DNA of 63,424 nucleotides, the filler included, from Lenisia limosa (Eukaryota; Protista; Breviatea): NCBI GenBank assembly GCA_001655205.1. It is 15 parts of 15 records of this genome, joined end to end, with 100 filler letters (N's around TTAATTAATTAA, not from the genome) between each part and the next. Parts side by side here need not be neighbours in the genome. Positions count along the whole stretch, not along the records: positions 1 to 3,390 come from LPNZ01004064.1; positions 3,491 to 13,821 come from LPNZ01001116.1; 13 more parts are not named here. One strand, 5' to 3'. Of this stretch, positions 1 through 11,699 are shown in pieces. A model generated the notes under the pieces. The model searched no databases, was not told the DNA's origin, and saw nothing but the letters and a program-made list of their open reading frames with translations. Each line of letters begins with the position of its first letter. Position 1 is the first letter of the stretch. A program made the translations under genes and the position numbers.

Positions 1-220
1 ATATATGCATATAGTATATATATATGATAGTATACCACTATCCATTCTTCGAATATTCATGATTCAAACATGTGAAAGAGATAGAATAACTGTGTGAATG
101 TGATTATTCATCATTATCAAACAATGATTCCCAAGTCATTAAATTCAAACAAATATGAATTATTGGAGCAATGCTGTCAAAATCATTAATTATTCATGAA
201 TCGAAGTCTCACTTTTATAG

Positions 221-1950
221 ACGACCCTGGCGATGATGGATGCGATAGAAAACATGCTACCAGAGAAGCGGAACACCTTTTGGGGTTCTTCCATCTTTTC
301 AATGAGCAATGGAAAGTCTGCATAGGGATGGGGCTTCACTGATCTGAGAAAGACCGAGATAGTTTTGGATTTATTGGCAAATTCAGTTTTTCATAACGAA
401 GTGAAGCACAAGTTATTCAACATCCAGTAGAGTGTTCCATTTATTCGATAATCTTCGATAAATATCGATATTTCACTTCTCATTTGGAACTTTTTATAAA
501 CCCCAAAATAAGAGCTTGAATGCTACGTCAACAACATTTATCGATATATGTTTGAACTCGTCAAACCACACAAGTCTTAATGTTATTTAGGGAAAACCCC
601 AGTATGCTGAATAGCGTTTGCGCGGTTTTCAATGCTGGCTACTGTATTCGAAGGTAAGATTGCTGGCTCATTGACCCCCTTCCCCCTTACAGTGACTGAG
701 ATAAGTCTTGACCAATTTGCTATATGATTTCCCATTGAAAATCGGTCAACACTTGCCCTGGTCACTGTATCCCTCTGCCCTACACTCCCTAGGGGTTAGG
801 GGTGATATTTGGGGGATATTTTTAGTGTATTGAGTTAATACAGTCAAATGGCTTATTGATAAAAATGGATGATATTTTTGAGAATATGATAATTAAGACT
901 ACAGTCATATGTTTATTGAAAAGGGTTTTAGTAACACTATGCCCCAATTCAAAAAACACAGCAATTTCTTAATTAATTGCACGCAGTAGTATTATACGGT
1001 CCTTTTTCACTGTTTTAGGCCAGCGTTTGAGCAGCTGTTGGAGTCAGAACGAGAATTCATTGAGGATGATGAAGGTGAGGGGGGTGAATATTCGAGCATA
1101 TATCATACTATATCATGCATAGTGTATATAATACATGGTCTACACCCCTCCCCCACTATCTTTCCCTTTCAATATTTTAATTACCCCCCCCCCCCCCNNN
1201 NNNNNNNNNNNNNNNNNNNNNNNNNNNNNNNNNNNNNNNNNNNNNNNNNNNNNNNNNNNNNNNNNNNNNNNNNNNNNNNNNNNNNNATAAATACATAGGG
1301 CTACCAAAAACAAATTACCATGCTGCCACGCCCAGAAATCTCTGTACCAAAATCTGTGCAAAATCTTACGCATATTTTGTGTACTATATTTTAACTCGTC
1401 TTAGTTGGTCAGAGAAGAAGTTCTTTGTTTGCAATTTAGGTTGTAAAAATAATTTAATATTAATGCTATTATAATCTTTTTGTCTTTAACATATTACTCC
1501 GAGCAATAATTTTTTGGAGAAATTAATTGATGTAATTTGAAATTAAAATGTCTGAAATGGTATTTAGTTAAAATATATTTCACTCCAAAATTCATAATTA
1601 ATTTCCTCTTTTTAGGCTGGGATATTTCCTTGAACCACATACGACTTCTAGGGAAATACCCCCCACGAGTATGGGGGTTCTATGGGATTCTGTTTTACCT
1701 CAACTCCCCTCCATATGTGAGGTTCTATACAATTTGTTTTAAAAAATCTTAAATACAAAATTCATAATATGTGGTGTTGACTTTTGCTCTTTTTGAACAC
1801 AATTTTGAAACGTACAATACATTAGGATAATAAAAGGATTTGGTGGGGACCAGCTTTTACCCTCATTATTCAGGCGTTGTTCCCCTTTTTAGGGCGATTG
1901 CAGAACATTGGGCGTGACGGCTTGACTGTGTTACCAGAAAAAGTTCGTTG
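221..1950 (+). CDS. Putative internal exons of an unknown spliced gene
   Basis: AG/GT-bounded open segments: ~221-315 (TTLAMMDAIENMLPEKRNTFLGFFHLFNEQWK), 1019-1074 (AFEQLLESEREFIEDDE) and ~1893-1945 (RLQNIGRDGLTVLPEK). No family recognised. Confidence 0.3.
690..767. mobile_element. Family D MITE (Tc1/mariner-type, ~78 bp)
   Basis: TA|CAGTGACTGAGATAAGTCTTGACC...GGTCAACACTTGCCCTGGTCACTG|TA; terminal inverted repeats, TA on both sides. Confidence 0.8.
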
Positions 1951-3026
1951 GGGTTAATCATCATAAAAGAGGACTTTTCTGAGGAAAATTGTTTTTCAGA
2001 AAATTACAATATTTTTTTCTGACTGGAAAGATATAAAACAGATTTTACTTTAGTAGAATAGCGTAATGCACATACAATACTATTCAATTTCGATATTTTT
2101 TAAAGCAGTATCGAAATTAACCCAATAATTCATTTAAAAATATAAATGCTTTTTTCTATTCAACTCATTGTTTTAGTACGATGAGATCGGACTTGGCGTT
2201 GTGGTATGCTGGGGAGGGGGGGGGGGAGCACAGAGTTTAAAGGCAAATGATTGGGNNNNNNNNNNNNNNNNNNNNNNNNNNNNNNNNNNNNNNNNNNNNN
2301 NNNNNNNNNNNNNNNNNNAACACTCATATATTACCTCTTTTACAACTTTTTGGATTATCCAATTCTTCACAAATATCTAATTTATTATATTCATCATCTT
2401 CCTCTATCAGCTCTTGTTTAATTTGCGATTAGGGGTTCACTCCGATCGAGAAAATGACCGAATTTCTCGATAAATCCTCGATAAATAGATAGATATTCAT
2501 ATTTCACCGCTCTTTTTCGCATCTGAATGAAACTCAACTTGTTATCGAATAACGTCGTAGTCGAAGTCATCGTTGACAACCTTCCCCCTTCCCGCACAAA
2601 TTACAGAAAGGGAATGTGATGTTCCCTCAGCCTAGGCCTTTGAGTGGCTTGTTAGTTGGTGTTGTTGTACTTTTATATTATGATGGGTGAAATAGATGGT
2701 GTGATCTGACAATCATGCACAACTTTAGGGTAGTAGACTATATCATCATATGAAATATCATATGATATAGATAGCAAATCTATGTATTTATGTATTAATA
2801 TATGATATGCATATGCATATATATATGTAATAATATATACATAATTCATTTATGTACATATAGTCACAGCTCCGGACATCATTCAAAATTCACCAAACTC
2901 CCGGACGGGTGGGATTGGATCACCTATTATAACATATCATATCACGGGGTTGTAGAAGAATATATTCGAATATGATATAACATTCCTGGGGTTGTAGAAT
3001 CATATGATATGATATATATTTACACT

Positions 3027-3112
3027 CTACTGGCAGGACAGAACGGTGATCTCGAAGTTGAGAGTAGCGTTGGGAGGGATCTTCCAGGCAGGGAATCCGC
3101 CGGAGCCGTAGC
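3027..3112 (-). CDS. FKBP-type peptidyl-prolyl isomerase, terminal exon (3' fragment)
   Basis: C12-AG acceptor followed by GYGSGGFPAWKIPPNATLNFEITVLSCQ*, matching the FKBP C-terminal YG..G.P..IPPNATL.FE.EL motif. Upstream exons are lost at the scaffold end. Confidence 0.85.
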
Positions 3113-3175
3113 CTGGGGGGGGGGGGAGTAAATTGGAAAATTTATGAAACAAAAAAGCCCAAATCAGGGAGAGGG
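3113..3175 (-). repeat. Family A 3' cassette forming the FKBP intron acceptor
   Basis: Minus strand reads GATTTGGGCTTTTTTGTTTCATAAATTTTCCAATTTACTCCCCCCCCCCCCAG straight into the exon. Confidence 0.85.
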
Positions 3176-3330
3176 GGTAAACGTAAGATATTTCAATGAA
3201 GAATATTGGTGTGAAGGTACTCATCACGAACCGAAAAATCTAAAACTCCAAATTAACAAAAAAACAAGCAATAACAAACACGAGCAACCAAAGCTAAAAC
3301 TAGACAAAAGCCAGATGACAAAAACACAAA
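3172..3330 (-). repeat. Family B dispersed intronic repeat
   Basis: Plus-strand GGGGGTAAA(A)CG(T/A)AG..ATTTC(A/G)ATGAAGAATA.TGG.GT.AA.GTACT.ATCACGAACCGAA.AATCT.AAACTCCAAA recurs at ~7445-7510, 15486-15610, 15826-15860 and 55183-55290, and in reverse at ~21080-21120 and 41205-41240. Confidence 0.75.
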
Positions 3331-3390
3331 GGGGGGGGGGTCATATTGGAAAATATATGAAACAACAACAACAAAAAAAAGCAAAAAATC

Positions 3391-3490
3391 NNNNNNNNNN
3401 NNNNNNNNNNNNNNNNNNNNNNNNNNNNNNNNNNTTAATTAATTAANNNNNNNNNNNNNNNNNNNNNNNNNNNNNNNNNNNNNNNNNNNN
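3391..3490. other. Artificial scaffold-concatenation linker (N-run/TTAATTAATTAA/N-run), first of 14
   Basis: The identical 12-mer, with stops in all six frames and embedded in N runs, occurs at 3435, 13866, 16364, 20896, 23263, 30887, 36270, 39914, 43465, 46926, 50722, 53339, 55375 and 57205. Confidence 0.97.
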
Positions 3491-3545
3491 TATATAAATT
3501 GGTCAAGACTTATCCTGGTCAGTATTACATCCCCCCTCCTCCCAC

Positions 3546-4528
3546 CAAGACAGCCTTCAGTCGTGGCCATGGGGATGATGAAGGGCTTCTTGTTGATTGT
3601 CAAGGGGCCAGCGACACCTGTTTGTTAGCACCGTTTGAAACCTTGCAAACTTCCCATATTCACCCTGTTCGTGAACCCTAACTTGGGAAAGATGTTGATC
3701 ATTCAAACGAAGGATGATGAAAGAGTAATACACTATTCTAATGTTCATGCGAATGCAGCATCATCAGAGATCCACCTAAATATCCATTTATGAAATCCTC
3801 AGCCTGATTTCGCTCAATAATAGAAATAATAGATGCAACATTAAGAACAAGTAAACAGAGAGATTTGCTGCTAAAAATAAGTCCCCATCCCACCAATAGG
3901 AACGGGGACGTAGCCAACGACGTTCTCACAACACGCATTGAGAACCGAGGAGTAGTCGTAGTCTTTGTAAGGCAGGCTGGTGGTGTCGCAGTTGTCGCGT
4001 TGTTCTAAACGTTTACCCTCATGAAAAGAGGGTCATGCAGTATTTGCAGATCTATTGCCTTTTGACAGTGCGCAAGCTCACTCACCTATCGCAGCTCTAC
4101 GAATAGCAACAGCAGTTTGCAGATCCTTTGTGTGCTTTTCCACGGCATGGAGAGCAACAGTTCCATTTACAACTTTGTCAAGAAGATCCTTCTCATTGTA
4201 CACTTCAGGAGGAGGAATAGGTCTCTCCTAGGAAGTAATTTTTTGCATATCTTGGTAATTAACATTAATTGTAGCTTAGAAGAACCCATACGGCACCTTC
4301 TTAACAGTCTCTTTATTTGGAGAAGTAGCCTTAGGCACACTGGACGTTTGGAAGATGAAAATAGCCTGTTTAGATGACTTAAAACAACATCTTACAAACC
4401 AAAATGAGAGCAACGGGCACTATGAAGGAAAATAGCACTTTCGACATGTCTAACCCAGCACTTCCGGCAAGATGCTCATCTGCGACATGCAGTAGTTCAT
4501 TAAACATTGTGAAAATAGCCTCTCCCAT
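3546..4528 (-). CDS. HMGCR: Class I HMG-CoA reductase, 5' part (5 exons; truncated by scaffold end)
   Basis: Spliced exons read [26 protein letters not shown] / [11 protein letters not shown] / [47 protein letters not shown] / [38 protein letters not shown] / [23 protein letters not shown]. The CCEN..GY and PMATTEGCL motifs are diagnostic. Confidence 0.95.
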
Positions 4529-5002
4529 TGTAATCGAGAGGTTGCCTTTTTAAAAAAATCTCAGTTAAAAAGAAGTGTAAATTCGTAAATATAAATTGAC
4601 TGGAAAATTCATTTCTCAAATAATATCAAGTGCAGTTTCTAAATCTGGAGTTTTCTTTTGGCAGTACTACCTTCCTATCTCTTCACCATTTGTTAGTTAC
4701 ACGTTCCACATTGGTATTTTGGAATGTATTATTGTTCCTTTTGTAATATATCGTTATAGCAACATAAAAATACTCAAGCAAATCAGCAAATCCCAAATCA
4801 CTCACTACAGAATATCAGAAAATCACTGTCATTTTCAAAATACAGATGAAACCATAAAAAATACTTGTAGTATACTTGAACATGACAAATCTGTAAATTC
4901 AAAAATACCATCATACCTTAATACTATACAAGTATACAACAATAAGAAACAATCAACCTCAGATAGCAAGACGCATTTCGACACAATGCCGTTCTAAACC
5001 CC

Positions 5003-8000
5003 CTAAACAAGCTCTTCTGTCGTAAGGTGGAGGAACAGAGAGATCCACAGCGGTAGGGCCAGCAGGGAGAAGAGATAGGCATAGAGCATTAGCGTGGCTG
5101 TTTCCTCTTTTCCTTCCCCAAGAACCTAGTTTATCAGAAACAAAGAAAAAAAGGCTTCAGAGGCCAATTACGACCAGAGATGCATATCATCATATACATA
5201 GCAATGAGAAATAAAAATATAAGATTGTATCTGGCCAACGCCATCCACACCATCACGCTAATTAGAGATATTTAATAATAGTATAATATCTCACCCAATT
5301 ATTTGCCTTTTCAACTCTGATAATACCTTGTTTTATTTATTCAAAAAATCTACGTATTACAACTCCTCTCACCTGGGTGGCTGTGAGAGTCACTAGAGCG
5401 GCTGGGACAACAGACTCCAGCAATATCACAAACTGAAACGGTCAAAACTGCTACTGAATTAGTACACACACATGTATGTAGCTATTATATAATATCATAC
5501 TATTAAATTTGTTATTATAATTAGATAAACGATACTATCACCCAATATAAGCTCAGTCTAACTATCGCACCAAAAGTCCAAGCAACCTTCATGAGCGGGT
5601 TATCCGGTAGCACATCCTTCAAAATGTACACTATCAGAAGAGATAATGCTGGAAGGGTGAACTATGGTGTCTGAGAGAAATAGTATGATCCAAGACTAGT
5701 ATGATCCGAGACTAGAAAGAAGACTGGTAAAATATGCATATTCATCGAGAGTTTAACGTGAAAGTCGATTATATGGAACCATAGGGTAGCACAACTCAGT
5801 TAGGAAGTCAAGAGAACAAAACTCAACGATTGTAAAACAAAATCAAAGAGTAATATGTAGGGATCTGTGCAATTAATTGTTTGAAGAAATAAATTGATAA
5901 AATTTTGAACAAAATGTGTCAAATTGTATACATGACAATGTGTCGCACTTCAAATTCATTGAATTTGTAAAAAAAAAAATCAATTAATTGCACGAAACCC
6001 TAATAATAGACAACAATGCACTTACGTACCGGGGAGTAAAACAAACTTCAGGGTTTGGTAACTGAGAATGACCTGCCACTTTACCGACACCGGGTGCCCC
6101 CGGGTACCAAGAGTACCGCCAAGAACCAGCATTGACTACAATGTTAGAATCTATCAAAAATATAAAACAATAATTCATATATACATGTACATACATGTAT
6201 ATATATAGTATATAAGAATACTGCATTAAAACGAAGAGGAATATATCTGTACTTATATTGCCGTTAATCATCTCTTGAATTTCCAAGATTAATAACATTG
6301 AATGTGAACAAGACCAAGACATAGTGGAAATCCAAATTTATTCCAGCCCCCTACTCCAGGCACGGCAGCATTGCCTAAGGTTTCAAGAGCACTGAATAAA
6401 AAGGAGTCTTGTAGGGGGTCTCGTATGTCCGGAAAGAAGATAAAAACAAAACCTGGGGATTAAAACCAAACAAAAAAAAAGGGGAGGGGGTAGCCTTGGA
6501 ATTGGAATCTCTGCAATTATGTTTGCACAAAATGTCTCACTTCAAGAAAAAATAACTTTCTCAGTGTACTTCGTCCAACTACAGTTGGCCATACCTAAGA
6601 AGAAAGCTCTGACAGGGGGGGAAAAGGCCTTGCGCAGCATTGCAAACCGAGGGCCTTTGTGATCCGCTAATGGGGTGAAAACTGTGAAAATAGTGGACCT
6701 CGTACACACGTTAAACTGTTTACCTCACCACCACAGCATCATTTTTTTAAAAAAAATTCCCCACTCAACATCATTACAAATCTTTACAACTCCCCCACCC
6801 CCCCCAAAAAAAAAACTTTACATAAAGCATTACAGGACCCCCAACCAGGTTGAACTTCAGTTTGAGGGGGCAGAACAAGGGAAACCTGGTTTATATCGGC
6901 TTGCTGCAGCTAAAATGTTAAAGCGAGTCTTCACAGCATATTAACTAAACGTCATCAGCCGACCCCCAAATTTAGTCAAAAATTACCCAAAATCTGTCCA
7001 CTAAATTTAGGAAAAATCCTTCATTCTTAGTTATAATTTTGAATTAGCAACTGCTTGAATTGCCTGTTGGCAAACCTCGGGATTTTATTGTCGTTGTAGC
7101 CGTCTTAGAACACATTGTTTTATGCATATTTATGTTATATGATGTAGTATATGTTTTAAAAAATAAATGTCCAGATTTCTTGTTTCCAAAACAATTGCTT
7201 TTATGACAGTAAATATCCAGCTGATTACGCTCGGTTTTGGCTCTATTTGTGGTTTATCCAAGCCAGTTTCAGGGTTGGCACCCTGCTTTAAAAAGCTCTT
7301 GCAAACATAATCCTGACAAACTATATTTTTGGGGGGCGGGGTACTTGGTGCGGGATCGCTGTCTTCGGCCCTGAAGGTTACCACAGTTAAGTGTCTCATG
7401 GTTTTGCCCTTATTGGATCATAAAGTGGGATGTTGAAAAAAATCCGGGGAGGAGTAAAGCGAAGGAAATTTCAATGATGATTATTTGGGTAAAGGTACCA
7501 ATCACGGGAACAGGACACACCTTTGTGTTGTAGGAGTGGGGGTCTGAACAGGGGCATCAGCGGTGGTAGTAGCAGCGTCGGTGACTTCCTGGAATTTCAG
7601 GAGGGCTTGCCCACGGTCCAGAAAAGATCAATAGCATTACTGCTTCACTGTGGCTACAAAAGAAGACTGAATTCTGGGAAAATTTTCGATAAATAGCGAT
7701 ATTTTACAGGTCTTTTAGGACCAAAGTGAAGCTCTGAATAGAATATCTAAATATGATGTTAACCCATATCATATGGCCTAGTGATATAAAAATGACCGAT
7801 TTTCGAGTAAAAATGATAAACATCACACGAGAGTTCATCCCGAGTGTATCAGAGTGCCAATGAGACTTGTCGGTCAATTGAAATACAAGTGGATATGAGG
7901 TATCTTATCACTGCTGGAAAATCAGCAGGGCTTGCCTACGATCCGAAAAGTCAAGAAAATATCCTCCAATAATATCTATGTAGTAATCCTTGTTAATAAA

Positions 8001-10590
8001 CTTCTTGGGAACTATCTCATACTTGGACAAGGAGTTGCTTTGACATACTTGACTTGACTGATTTGCTATTTGATTTCCCAGGAAAATAGGTCAATACTTA
8101 TCCAGGTCACTGTTTATAGAATTAAATGTACATATGATATAGCATACACTGATCGTGGTTAATCTCGAAGATAGAATCATCTTTCAAGACCTTTAAGTCC
8201 TTACACGAATGAGCTTTATTTTCTGCCAATCGTCAGGACTTATCCCGGTTGTACATGTACTACGAAAAACATGTCGAAAAACACGTACTACGAAAAGAGG
8301 CCACAGAACAACATTTGGCGAAAAACAAAACACCTCATACCCTGAGCTCTTGCCTCTTCTTCTTCTCAGCACTTGTAAATGCCTTGATCAAATAGGGGTA
8401 GCCAAACAGCCAGAAGGCTATAGAAAAGCAGGAAAGAAAGAAGGCCACGTAGCTGATACCTGAAACATGGGTGAAGTTTGAAATGGATGTACACTATATT
8501 CCCGTATTGAGATAAAAAGCTTGAAATAGTAGTAAAGCCTCACTTTTGGTTCAAAATATCGAGAACTAGAAAATACCATATGATAATGTGAATGATATGT
8601 ATGTAGTATGATTGATATGTAGAAAGAAGAAAAAAAAATAGGTGCTATCTGTATCCACCATGGTGAAAGAATACAGCTTTATTTCATATAATATTGAGAT
8701 GAGAAATAAAATAAGTTTGCATCTGGCCTCAGCCATCCACACCATCATTCTTATAAGACATTTTTGATCATTGTATAATATTAATTCACCTCATCCCGAC
8801 GCTGAGAGTATACCCAACGCGCACTTTTCTCCATGATATCAGAGCCTTTGGGCGTTCCCGGGAGTCCTTCGAAGCCCATATCGTCACCATCGAAAAGATT
8901 CTCAAACATGGCAATGGGCAGAAACCCTGCGTTACCGAAGGCGACAGAAAGGCAAAATACTGCGTAGTTAGAGTCAGAATGTAGCAGTTATTGAATTTAA
9001 TGGGTTCCGAAAAGACGTATATACAAAATATCGACATTTTCGAGGATTTATCGAGAATTCTCTCCTGTAAAGAACGGAAGTACTCAACTAAAAAACCCCC
9101 ATGCGCAGACTTTGTAACTGAGGCACTGGTAAATGCGCGGGGATTACTGTGGCCACCATCCTTGAAACAACAAAACCTAAACAGTGAAATATATCATAGA
9201 AATGATAAATAAAACAAGGTTATGTCTGTCCGAAACCGTCCACACCATCACACTTATAAGAGATATATTATAGTATACCATAATTCACTCAATCGTTTGC
9301 CATACAACTATGTGCACGCATCTTAAATACCTCTACATAGTGGATCCCTACGGTCCGGCCTGGTCTGGTCCGGTCTTTTTGAGATATTTAAATGAGCGGT
9401 CCGGTCCGGTTCGAACCGGTCCGGACCGCTCAAAAAATAAACAAAAGTGTGTAAAGAAAAACATCAAGAAAAAAAGAGTACCAAGAGGTGTTAACAATAG
9501 TTTAAACTGTTGTTTATCCCATTCAGCCTAATGAAATAATTGAACACAATTAACCCAGACACTGTATTTTTGGATTCCCAGGCCTGGTTTTCCAATTGTA
9601 AAAAATGAAAATATCTAGATATGTACATGAAAAATAAAAATGGAAGAAAACAATTTTGTCCTCTCTGAAAACTTTTCAGTCACCTTGAAAATGTTCAAGG
9701 AGGAAAAGGAAAAAGGAAAGTCTGCATTTACTGGCCTATGGTGTTGTTGCCAGCACTTACGAGAGAGAGAGGAGTGTTTTTTTTTTGTTTTTAGTTTGAT
9801 GGATGGATGAGAAGAATATTTTGGTAAACTCTTCCAAAATGTTTCTCAGGACCAATTCAAATAAAACAAAACGAAACAATGTAAAAATACTTGATACACT
9901 ACAACTATTTAAAACTCCTTTGTTTTTGAACGGTCCGAACCGGACCGGACCGCAGGGAACCACTACCCCTACCTCTTATAACCGTACTCAATGTTTAATT
10001 ATGATAAATGATGAGGTGAATTAATACTATTGCAACCCAAAGACCCCCCCCCCACCTATAGCAATCCAAAGAAGACAGAAGAGAGGCAGCACCCACAGCC
10101 CATCCAGCATTTCATCCGCCTGCAGCACCATGGTTTTGGTGAAGATCAGGCTCGGGAGAAGGATGTAGAAAATCACCCGGTTCAGATCCGTGATTAACTG
10201 TGCGCTGAAAACCTGGGGTGTGGGGGGGGGGGGGGAGTGTGAAATTGGAAAATTTAAAAACAAAATAAAGCCCAAATCTGGAAAATCTGAAAAGCCAACA
10301 TCAACTCTGTTGGCTAAGTATTTGGGAAACACACAAGGGTTAAAAACAACACAACAAACAAAGCCGAGACCAGTCGCTTCCACAGCACCGCAGGGAGGGG
10401 GAGATAGAATGGAAATTTTATTAAAAGGGGGAGGGGGGTTCAAACTTGGGAATACGACCAATTGTAATATATGAGAAACTAAACCCATTTGTGCGCCAAC
10501 CTCCTTCTTGCCACAGAAGTAGCCAGCCCCGGCCTGACATGCCACCAGCACCACCGCTTGGAGACTCGACACAACCGTCGACAAGTCCAT
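5003..10590 (-). CDS. PILS-like / auxin efflux carrier (AEC, Mem_trans) family transporter, apparently complete, ~13 exons
   Basis: Exon 1 10590-10501 (MDLSTVVSSLQAVVLVACQAGAGYFCGKKE); exon 2 10212-10056 (..LNRVIFYILLPSLIFTK..); then GFVVSRMVATVIPAH, FCLSVAFGNAGFLPIAMF, ISYVAFFLSCFSIAFWLFGY, RKAFSPPVRAFFLG, LETLGNAAVPG, SMLVLGGTLG, FTLPALSLLIVYILKDVLPDNPLMK, FVILLESVVPAA and VLGEGKEETATLMLYAYLFSLLALPLWISLFL..* (stop 5003-5005). Motif order matches the AEC/PILS family. Confidence 0.92.
5195..5320 (-). repeat. Family E dispersed repeat (sense to host gene)
   Basis: Matches consensus GTTGTAAGGCAAATGATTGGGTGAATTAAT..ATCCAATATCTCTTATAAGCGTGATGGTGTGGACGGCTTCGGCCAGATACAACCTTATTTTTATTTCTCATTGCTAT. 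Further copies at ~8690, 9205, 14280, 20115, 40135, 43255, 44450, 48355, 48636, 50575, 51240, 52820, 53030 and 56175. Confidence 0.8.
5858..6002. mobile_element. Family I MITE (TAGGG..GTGCAATTAATTG termini)
   Basis: TAGGGATCTGTGCAATTAATTG...CAATTAATTGCACGAAACCCTA; related copies at ~19199-19332, 41636-41750, 49060-49162 and 50830-50923. Confidence 0.7.
7786..7915 (+). repeat. Family H dispersed repeat (~130-170 bp)
   Basis: ACCGA.TTTCGAGT.AAAATGAT..ACACGAG.GTTCATCCCGAGTG.ATCAGAGT.C.A.TGAGACTT.T.GGTCAATT..AGTGGATATGA also occurs at ~25915-26045, and in reverse at ~29140-29270 and 23560-23640. Confidence 0.65.
9338..9965. mobile_element. ~630-bp non-autonomous hAT-like element in a PILS intron
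   Basis: TIR TAGTGGATCCCTACGGTCC / GGACCGCAGGGAACCACTA; subterminal CCGGT/GGACC arrays; 8-bp flanks CCTCTACA vs CCCCTACC (6/8). Confidence 0.7.
10213..10400 (-). repeat. Near full-length family A cassette ending at the PILS intron-1 acceptor
   Basis: Minus strand: TGCGGTGCTGTGGAAGCGACTGGTCTCGGCTTTGTTTG..AACCCTTGTGTG..GCCAACAGAGTTGAT..TTTGGGCTTTATTTTG..AAATTTTCCAATTTCACACTCCCCCCCCCCCCACACCCCAG|exon 2. Confidence 0.85.
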
Positions 10591-11699
10591 CTTGGTCCTT
10601 GAAGAACAGCTTCTGTCTTTAGTGGCCCTCTTGAGAACCTAGTTGTATCATAAACAGGGAGAACAGTAAACTTGTTCAATCTTATCCATAAAGATAAAGA
10701 TACTCCTATTATTACCGGATAAAATTGGGCACAATCCCTCGATTTGGCCTTTGTTAAGTTCAGTAAAACGTGTACATCAAAAAAATGACCCGATTGGAAA
10801 AAAAAATTAGACACTGGAAATTCAATTCAACCCGATGAATCAACTAAGGACTTATGAAACAGTTAGTTCAAAAAAGTTCAACAACAGAATAGAAAGATTC
10901 ATCATTATTTTCGAAAATCAACCTGTCTATCCATATTGCCACAACTCTCACCTGATCTAATAAAACTGTACGAGTTTGCGATCTTTGGGTTCGGAATGGA
11001 AGAGGAAGCGTGTGCTTGATTGTTTTTCTCCGGTTTTTCTGGTTAATTGTGCGTGTATGTAGTTAATTACTTGATTACTGTTGTAAATACTTGATGAGAG
11101 AGAGGACGAGCAAAAAGGGGGGAGGTCTAAACACCAAGTGTCACTTGTTAAAAAAGGCGGGGAAAAACACGTGGAAATTGCGTGGAAACAAGATGAATTA
11201 TTCATATTTAGCGAGACTGCTACTTTTATTAGGTATAATGAGTCTCTTCTTTCTTGTTGATTGTTATGTTTAGTCTTCTTCCACGTATCCCGTTACCTTA
11301 TCTGCAGGATCACATATAAGAGTAGATATAAACAACGTTTTTGGCCATCTTTTTGAATTCACGACATTATATGTCAGAAACAAAATCAAACGTCATTGAT
11401 AACTCCAGTTTCCTTCACTTCTGCTGTACAGTATAACACAAATGGTGGCACCGAATGTGGAGATCTCACGGTTTGCGGGACCTTGTCCCCTCTTCCATCC
11501 CCCATCCGTGACCCTCATACCTTAGGTCCGCCATATTAATATGTAACAAATATCTGGATGAACAAGAAAAGAAATTGCATATTATTAACATTATCACTCC
11601 ATTATCATGTAAATAATAGCAAAGAAAACTGTTCTTAAGGGAAAAGAAAATCTCCAATGCTAAACAGAATATACGTTCATTCTTTGAAATCCTGTAATC

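Noticed and set aside
786-805. TTAGGG-like sequence as a telomeric repeat
   Set aside because: Only one or two imperfect units, internal position.
4596-4997. 133-aa ORF between HMGCR and PILS
   Set aside because: AT-rich intergenic composition, opposite strand to both genes, no recognisable motif.
10027-10590. 187-aa ORF as a single-exon protein
   Set aside because: It reads through PILS intron 1 (family A cassette); only exons 1 and 2 are coding.
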